Source of the DNA: an uncultured Candidatus Binatia bacterium
GTDB taxonomy: Bacteria; Desulfobacterota; Binatia; UBA9968; JAJDTQ01
NCBI GenBank assembly: GCA_965242525.1
Contig: OZ251459.1
Coordinates: 832,001 to 896,000 of the forward strand
DNA: 64,000 nt
Reading direction: 5' to 3'
The number at the start of each line of letters is the position of its first letter. The stretch's first letter is position 1. Shown piece by piece: positions 58,589-64,000 of the stretch. The position numbers and the translations under genes are program-made. Below the pieces are notes generated by a model. That model was not told where the DNA came from and ran no database searches. It worked only from the letters and a program-made list of their open reading frames with translations.

Positions 58589-59677
58589 ATGCTGCTGATC
58601 GCCGATCCGGACGTGAAAGAGGTGCTCCGCGTGGAGGACATCATCGACCACATGGAGCGCGCCTTTGCGGAAGAGGCCAGGGGAATCGCGGTGAACAAGC
58701 CGCGCACCCGGTACAAGGTGCCGCCGGACAGGGATTCCGACGGCTACATGGCGAACATCATCCCCGGCGCGGTCCCGAGCTCGGGCGTGGCCGCGCTCCG
58801 GTACGACTCCATCGTGGTCAGGGAGCGCGTGGTGGAAGGGCTCAAGAGGATGGACTTCCCCTATCCCGCGCGGCGGAGTTGGGGTTTCGTGCTCCTGTTC
58901 GACCTGGAGAGCGCCGAGCCGCTGGCCATCATACACGACTTCAGCCTTTCGGCGATGCGGGTGGGGGCCACCACCGGGGTGGCCGTCCGGTCCCTGTCCC
59001 GGGAGGACAGCCGGGTGGTGGGGCTGTTCGGTTCGGGCAACGAAGCCGAGCAGAACCTTGCCGCCATCTGCGCCGTGCGCCCGGTGAGGGAGGTGCGCGT
59101 CTTCAGCGTCACCCGGGAGCACCGGGAAAGGTTCGCCCGGGAGATGACCGGCAAGCTCGACGTCCAGGTCCGCGCGGTGGACAACGCCAGGGCGGTGGTG
59201 GAAGGAGCGGACATCGTCATGTGCGCCACCAACGCGAGCCGTCCGGTCTTCGACGGGGACTGGCTCGCGCCCGGCCAGTTCGTGACCACCATCGTCAACA
59301 GCGACGGCGTGCACCGCCGCACCGAGGCCGACCCGACCACTTTCACGCGAGCCGACCTGATCGTCATCAACAACCGGGAGACCGCGCTCCACAACCAGCA
59401 GAGGGAGATGCTCGACCTGATCGACGAGGGAAGGATCGGCTGGGACCGGATCTGCGAGTTGGGGCAGGTCCTGATCGGCGGGAACCCGGGACGGAAGAGC
59501 GGCGAGGACATCATCTACTACAAGAGCAACACGGGCGTCGGGATACAGTTCGCGGCCGCGGGGGCCGTCATCTACGAGGCCTGCAAGAAGAAGGGGTTGG
59601 GCCGCGAGTTGCCGACCTCGTGGTTCGGCGCGGACGTGGGCGAATGGCTGGACAAGGGCTTCATGCCGTCTCCGTGA
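58589..59677 (+). CDS. Ornithine cyclodeaminase/mu-crystallin family protein
   Basis: MRVGAT, FGSG, ADIVMCAT, PGR, GVGIQF. Confidence 0.88.
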   Translation: MLLIADPDVKEVLRVEDIIDHMERAFAEEARGIAVNKPRTRYKVPPDRDSDGYMANIIPGAVPSSGVAALRYDSIVVRERVVEGLKRMDFPYPARRSWGFVLLFDLESAEPLAIIHDFSLSAMRVGATTGVAVRSLSREDSRVVGLFGSGNEAEQNLAAICAVRPVREVRVFSVTREHRERFAREMTGKLDVQVRAVDNARAVVEGADIVMCATNASRPVFDGDWLAPGQFVTTIVNSDGVHRRTEADPTTFTRADLIVINNRETALHNQQREMLDLIDEGRIGWDRICELGQVLIGGNPGRKSGEDIIYYKSNTGVGIQFAAAGAVIYEACKKKGLGRELPTSWFGADVGEWLDKGFMPSP

Positions 59678-59806
59678 GCCGGAGGCGGTCCGCGCACGAC
59701 GCGGTCCGGGGCGCGCCGTTGACAGGGAGCCGGGCTTGCTCTATCGGATGCCGTGGGAAGGGAACCGTCAGGAAAACGGGAAAACGACCATCGGGAGGAG
59801 AGAGGA

Positions 59807-60241
59807 ATGGAAGCACAGACCTTTACCGTGAAGACCCCCTGCATCACCGGCGGCCGGAGCCACATGCCGCTGGTGCGGACGGACGTTCTGATGAGCGGCC
59901 TCAACTACTACGCGCCGGGGCGGAAGAACAAGCTGCACACGCACCCCGGCGAAGACCATCTGTTCGTGGTGCTGGACGGCGAGGCGACCTTCTTCGACAG
60001 GCAGGAGAAGCGCACGGTCCTCGGGAAAGGGGACGGCATCCTCCTGCCCGAAGGCCACTACTACCAGTTCGAGAACACCGGCGACACGCCGCTGGCGCTG
60101 CTGCGCTTCGCCGCCTACAAGGCCGACCGGAAAGAGGTCCGCCGCGTCGAGGCCTCCGGCAACACCCGCACCGAGGACGAGATGGACTACGTGTGCGTGG
60201 ACGGCGACCCCATCGAAGGACAGGAGTGGAAGCTGGCCTGA
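59807..60241 (+). CDS. Cupin domain protein
   Basis: LHTHPGEDH.FVVLDG, GD...LP.G.YY.F.N. Confidence 0.85.
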   Translation: MEAQTFTVKTPCITGGRSHMPLVRTDVLMSGLNYYAPGRKNKLHTHPGEDHLFVVLDGEATFFDRQEKRTVLGKGDGILLPEGHYYQFENTGDTPLALLRFAAYKADRKEVRRVEASGNTRTEDEMDYVCVDGDPIEGQEWKLA

Positions 60242-60256
60242 CGCCGGCCCCGGCCG

Positions 60257-61369
60257 TCAGAACAGGTCGGGGAAGCAGTCGTTCGGGAGCTCCCGTCCGA
60301 CGCCCCGGCTCAGCGCGGCCTCATAGACCGTCCCGGCGACCGCGGCGAACTGGAGTCCGAAACCGACGCTGTTGTCGAAGCAGGTGACCTGGGCGGGGTC
60401 GGTCCGGCCCGGGTGGCGTCCCGACAGGAGGTCCGGCAGGTCGGGGACGTTGCGCCAGTCCACCTCCACCGCGTCGCCGGGCGGATAACCCTTCTCGATG
60501 TCCAGCTTGACCTCCTCCGGGAACGGTTCCTCCCGGGAGCGGGAGATGAAGGTGTCGGGTCCCAGGTTGTCCCTGGAGTTGACCGCGAGGACGTCGAAAC
60601 CGCGGAAGGCGCCGGGGGCTATCTCGCAGTGGCGCACCGAGCACACGTACATGCCGGGTTCCAGCCAGTCTCTTTCGATCACCGGCGCAAGGGAGTTGGT
60701 CGCCAGGACCACGATCTCGCTTCCGCGGACGGCTTCCTCGGGAGCGTCCACCGCGGCCGCGTCCAGACTTCCATCGGTTTCGAGTTCCTGGACGAAGCGT
60801 TGCCTGTGCAAGGGGTTGGGGCTGAAAACTCGAACGGACTCGATGTTCCGCGCGGTTCGCAGGGCGTCCAGGTGGGCGCGGGCCATGAAGCCCGTCCCGA
60901 GCAGGCCCACGGTGGCGGATCGGGCGCCGGCCAAGTGTCTGGCGGCGAGGGCGGCCGCGGCTCCCACGCGGAGGTTACGGATGTGCCCTTCGCTGACCAG
61001 CGCGAGCAGGTCGCCGTCTTCCACCCCGAACAGGAGGATCAGGCCCCGGGTGACGCTGTGGGCCCTCCGGGTCCCGGGGGTTCGCTCCCGGCGAAAAACG
61101 CCGTCGCGCTCGCGCCAGAAGACCTTGTCCGTAAGGAACCGGATGGCGGCGTATTTCCGGGTGGCCGCCGACATGGTCTTCAGCATGTGGCAGCCCGGCA
61201 ACACGGCGCCGTCCGCGTCCACGTGGGAATCGGGGGTGAGGAGGTCGATCCTGGGACTGGTGACGGCGGCGCCGGCGCCGAGGTCCCGGTAGGCCTCGTC
61301 GAGGGCCGAGATGCACCGCCCCATGTCGAGGAGCCGTTGCACGTCCCGGTTGTCGAGAGCGAGGACCAT
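60257..61369 (-). CDS. Ornithine cyclodeaminase/mu-crystallin family protein
   Basis: LRVGAA, LGTG, LATNS, PGR, GFGLQF; real start MVLALD lies within the long ORF. Confidence 0.85.
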   Translation of the reverse strand: MVLALDNRDVQRLLDMGRCISALDEAYRDLGAGAAVTSPRIDLLTPDSHVDADGAVLPGCHMLKTMSAATRKYAAIRFLTDKVFWRERDGVFRRERTPGTRRAHSVTRGLILLFGVEDGDLLALVSEGHIRNLRVGAAAALAARHLAGARSATVGLLGTGFMARAHLDALRTARNIESVRVFSPNPLHRQRFVQELETDGSLDAAAVDAPEEAVRGSEIVVLATNSLAPVIERDWLEPGMYVCSVRHCEIAPGAFRGFDVLAVNSRDNLGPDTFISRSREEPFPEEVKLDIEKGYPPGDAVEVDWRNVPDLPDLLSGRHPGRTDPAQVTCFDNSVGFGLQFAAVAGTVYEAALSRGVGRELPNDCFPDLF

Positions 61370-61408
61370 GGTTGCTTCCCCGGCAGGCCGGGGAGAAGGA
61401 ACGCGCCG

Positions 61409-63526
61409 ATGATCCATGAACGGTCCGGGGTTGTCAAGGGCGGGGATCGTCCGACGCATGGCGCCGCCGGAGAACGCCTCCCCCTGTGGTTGCTGCTGCT
61501 CGCGCTGTCCACGTTGTTCCTGTGCAGCATGGACGAGGGATACTTGTACCACCGTCCCGGCAGCCCGAACTGGAACATGGTGAACAACCTGGCGATTGCC
61601 GAGAACCTGTCCTCCGACCACCGTTTCCGGTTGTTCTACCGGCTGCGCCCGGGACCGGGCGGGGCCCCCGCCTACGAGATGTACAGCCGCTTCCCCGTGG
61701 GCGGTTACGCACTCATCAAACTCGCCATCCTTCCTTTCGGAAACGACCTGTGGGCCAAGGTCCTGGCCGCCCGCATGCTCATGTTGCTGTTGTTCAGCGC
61801 TGCTGCGGTCCTGGCCTTCCACTCCCTCGCACGGATCACCTCCCACCGCTGGGCGGCGCTGGCCGCCACCCTCGCGGCCTTCTCCTCCTACTACATGCTG
61901 TTGTACGGCAACGCGGTTTCGGTGGAGTACGGCGTGGACCTGTTCGCGGTCCTGCTGGCCTTCCACGGCATGGTGGTGTTCGTGCAGGAGGGACGGTTCC
62001 CCCAGTTGCTGGCCAAGACCGGCGTTGCGCTGCTGCTGGGGTGGCGCGTGTATGCGTTCCTGCTGCCGTTCCTCCTCCTGGGCCTGGCGGGCGAGGCGGT
62101 CCGGGCGTGGAAGGACGGAACCGCGATGTGGCCGCGTTTGCGCTCGGTGGGGGCGGCGGTGCTGCGCAGCCGCTACGCGGCCCTTGGCTTGGCCGCACTG
62201 CTGTTCGGCATGGCCGTCCTGAGCTTCAACTTCGCCAACGAGTACACCGCGTTCCGAGGCGAGACCCCGGTGAGCGAACTGCCTTCGTTCCGGTCCATGC
62301 TCAGGCGCACCGGACTGGACCCGGAGGTGGAGGCCTCCTTCGACCCCGGGTGGTGGCTGCGCTTCCTGCGAGAGCAGTTCTATCGTGTCCGGGTGGCGTC
62401 GGTCCCCCTGGTGGTGAGCGACTGGGGGGCGGGTTTGCGGGGGTTGTTTCCGTCGGTCCCCTTTTCGGAGACCGGCCTTTCGTGGCCGGAGTTGTCGGTT
62501 TACGTCGTGTCGTTGCTGCTGGCGGCGGTGGCCTCTTTGGTGGTGGTTCGGCTTGCGGGGCCGCTGTTGGTCCGGCGCCACCGCCTGCTGCTGGCCACCC
62601 TTGCCCTGTCGGGGTTCTGCTGGGCGCTGCCCATGCGCCATAACGTGGCGCACCTCGGCCACGCACACGAGGCCCTGTACTACGTGGGCGTGCCGCTGGT
62701 GTTGTATTCGCTGCTGCTGCTGTACGTGCGCCGGCGCTGGGGGCGTGGGCCGGTGGTCGGCCTTGCGGTTGCGGCGCTGCTCGCCTTCGTGGCCTCTGCC
62801 TTCCAGATGGATCAACGACGGCGGCTTGATCCCCGTGGGGTGGATCTCCAGCGGACGGCCATGGCCGAACTCGGGGCCATCCGCGAGACCACCCGGGGAA
62901 AGGTGGTCCTGCTCCTCGGGTCCGTCGAGCCGGAATGGTTCAGGCAGATCACGCACCCGCAGCACGGATGGAGCTACTATCTTGCCGGAAGCGTCCTGAC
63001 GCGATCGCTTGACCTGGAAGCCGCCGCCCGCGCCGCGGACTTCATCGTCGGCCACGACCGCCTGGAGACCGACGCCCTGCTCACACCCGGGAACCAGCAG
63101 GTGTTCCTGTATGATTCGGCGGGCGCTGGCGATCTGGTGGATCTCTACCGGGCTACGCACCAACGGGCGGTGTCCGGGGAACCTGCGGCGCGCTCCTGGT
63201 TCGACGTCCATCTCGGTGACGACGCGCTGGTCCACGTCAGGGATCCCTGCGTCTGGGAGGACGTGGAACACGGGTTCTTCGTGGAGGTGGTCCCGAAAGA
63301 CCTGAAGGACCTGCCCAGATGGCGCCTGCGGTACGGCTCCGGCAATCCTGCCCTCCGGTTCGGCAGGCTCCCCGTGCTGTTCGAAGGGAAGTGCATCTCC
63401 GTCCTTTCACTCCCGGATTATCCCGTCTCGGGCATCAGGACGGGACGGACCCTGCGCCGATACCGCGAGAAGTCGTATTACCACTGGGAAGTAGAGATAC
63501 CGGTGAGCCGGACCGGCTACCGTTGA
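61409..63526 (+). CDS. Polytopic membrane protein, GT-C glycosyltransferase-like, with a soluble C-terminal domain
   Basis: About 11-12 hydrophobic segments, YSRFP motif after the first loop, upstream of a GT2; start uncertain. Confidence 0.6.
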   Translation: MIHERSGVVKGGDRPTHGAAGERLPLWLLLLALSTLFLCSMDEGYLYHRPGSPNWNMVNNLAIAENLSSDHRFRLFYRLRPGPGGAPAYEMYSRFPVGGYALIKLAILPFGNDLWAKVLAARMLMLLLFSAAAVLAFHSLARITSHRWAALAATLAAFSSYYMLLYGNAVSVEYGVDLFAVLLAFHGMVVFVQEGRFPQLLAKTGVALLLGWRVYAFLLPFLLLGLAGEAVRAWKDGTAMWPRLRSVGAAVLRSRYAALGLAALLFGMAVLSFNFANEYTAFRGETPVSELPSFRSMLRRTGLDPEVEASFDPGWWLRFLREQFYRVRVASVPLVVSDWGAGLRGLFPSVPFSETGLSWPELSVYVVSLLLAAVASLVVVRLAGPLLVRRHRLLLATLALSGFCWALPMRHNVAHLGHAHEALYYVGVPLVLYSLLLLYVRRRWGRGPVVGLAVAALLAFVASAFQMDQRRRLDPRGVDLQRTAMAELGAIRETTRGKVVLLLGSVEPEWFRQITHPQHGWSYYLAGSVLTRSLDLEAAARAADFIVGHDRLETDALLTPGNQQVFLYDSAGAGDLVDLYRATHQRAVSGEPAARSWFDVHLGDDALVHVRDPCVWEDVEHGFFVEVVPKDLKDLPRWRLRYGSGNPALRFGRLPVLFEGKCISVLSLPDYPVSGIRTGRTLRRYREKSYYHWEVEIPVSRTGYR

Positions 63527-63569
63527 CAGTGGGCGCCCCTGACGGTAGGAACGCAGCGGCGTACTTCAC

Positions 63570-64000
63570 ATGGACACCCACTCTTCGACATCACCGCCTC
63601 GGACATGCGACCGAACCTGCGCCCTCGTGTCCGTGGTCGTTCCGTGCTTCAACGAGGAAGCGGTCGTTTCCGAGGCCCATCGCCATCTGACGTCCGTCCT
63701 TGCGCAGGTTCCCGATAGCGATTTCGAGATCATCTACGTGGACGATGGCAGCGAGGACGACACATTGCGCCTTTTGCGAGGGCTCCAGCGCGACGACCAC
63801 CGGGTACGGGTGCTGGCCCTGTCGCGCAATTTCGGCCAACACGCGGCCTTCACGGCCGGTTTGCAGCACGCCCGCGGCAACGCCATCGTATCCATCGACG
63901 CCGACCTCCAGGACCCCCCCGAAGTCATCCTGGAAATGGTCGAACGCTGGCGCAAGGGGGTGGACGTCGCTTACGGCGCGCGCCTCGGACGCAAGGGCGA
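63570..64000 (+). CDS. GT2 polyprenol-phosphate glycosyltransferase (GtrB/ArnC-like), partial
   Basis: SVVVPCFNEE, YVDDGS, SRNFGQHAAFTAGL, IDADLQDPPE; runs off the window end. Confidence 0.92.
   Translation, partial: MDTHSSTSPPRTCDRTCALVSVVVPCFNEEAVVSEAHRHLTSVLAQVPDSDFEIIYVDDGSEDDTLRLLRGLQRDDHRVRVLALSRNFGQHAAFTAGLQHARGNAIVSIDADLQDPPEVILEMVERWRKGVDVAYGARLGRKG

Noticed and set aside
60257-63271. Apparent 1004-aa and 1037-aa overlapping proteins (60257..63271 minus, 60413..63526 plus)
   Set aside because: Each is a real gene extended upstream through the antisense of the divergent neighbour; real starts are about 61369 and 61409

Overview
High-GC bacterial chromosomal window. The gene repertoire suggests a Binatia/Desulfobacterota_B-like 'Deltaproteobacterium', possibly a sponge symbiont (inference only). 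It opens with the conserved rplU-rpmA-obgE-proB-proA-nadD-rsfS block and tRNA-Glu/tRNA-Gln. A lower-GC defence island follows: type III RM res-mod, a 21-codon TIR-domain relic between them, and a DUF6978-like/DUF1828-1829-like gene pair. Next is a long accessory catabolic region with a TRAP-TAXI transporter, 3 amidohydrolases, 2 Cys-less Asp/Glu-racemase-fold proteins, SDR, PhyH, FAD and LLM oxygenases, 3 ornithine-cyclodeaminase-like proteins and a CoxSLM-like Mo hydroxylase. Also present: a RavA/ViaA-like pair, msrPQ, tadA, asnS, prpBD, 2 vapBC modules plus an orphan antitoxin, tRNA-Glu/tRNA-Lys and the start of a glycosylation locus. Features not visible in the ORF track: a UGA/selenocysteine Bcp peroxiredoxin with a SECIS-like hairpin, two CGTC-type palindromic repeat families (one supplies most of a lipoprotein signal n-region and brackets the gene as inverted repeats; the other supplies a stop codon and forms MITE-like elements), and a duplicated promoter flanking a PQQ dehydrogenase gene. 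Family assignments come from motifs recognised by eye, not database searches.
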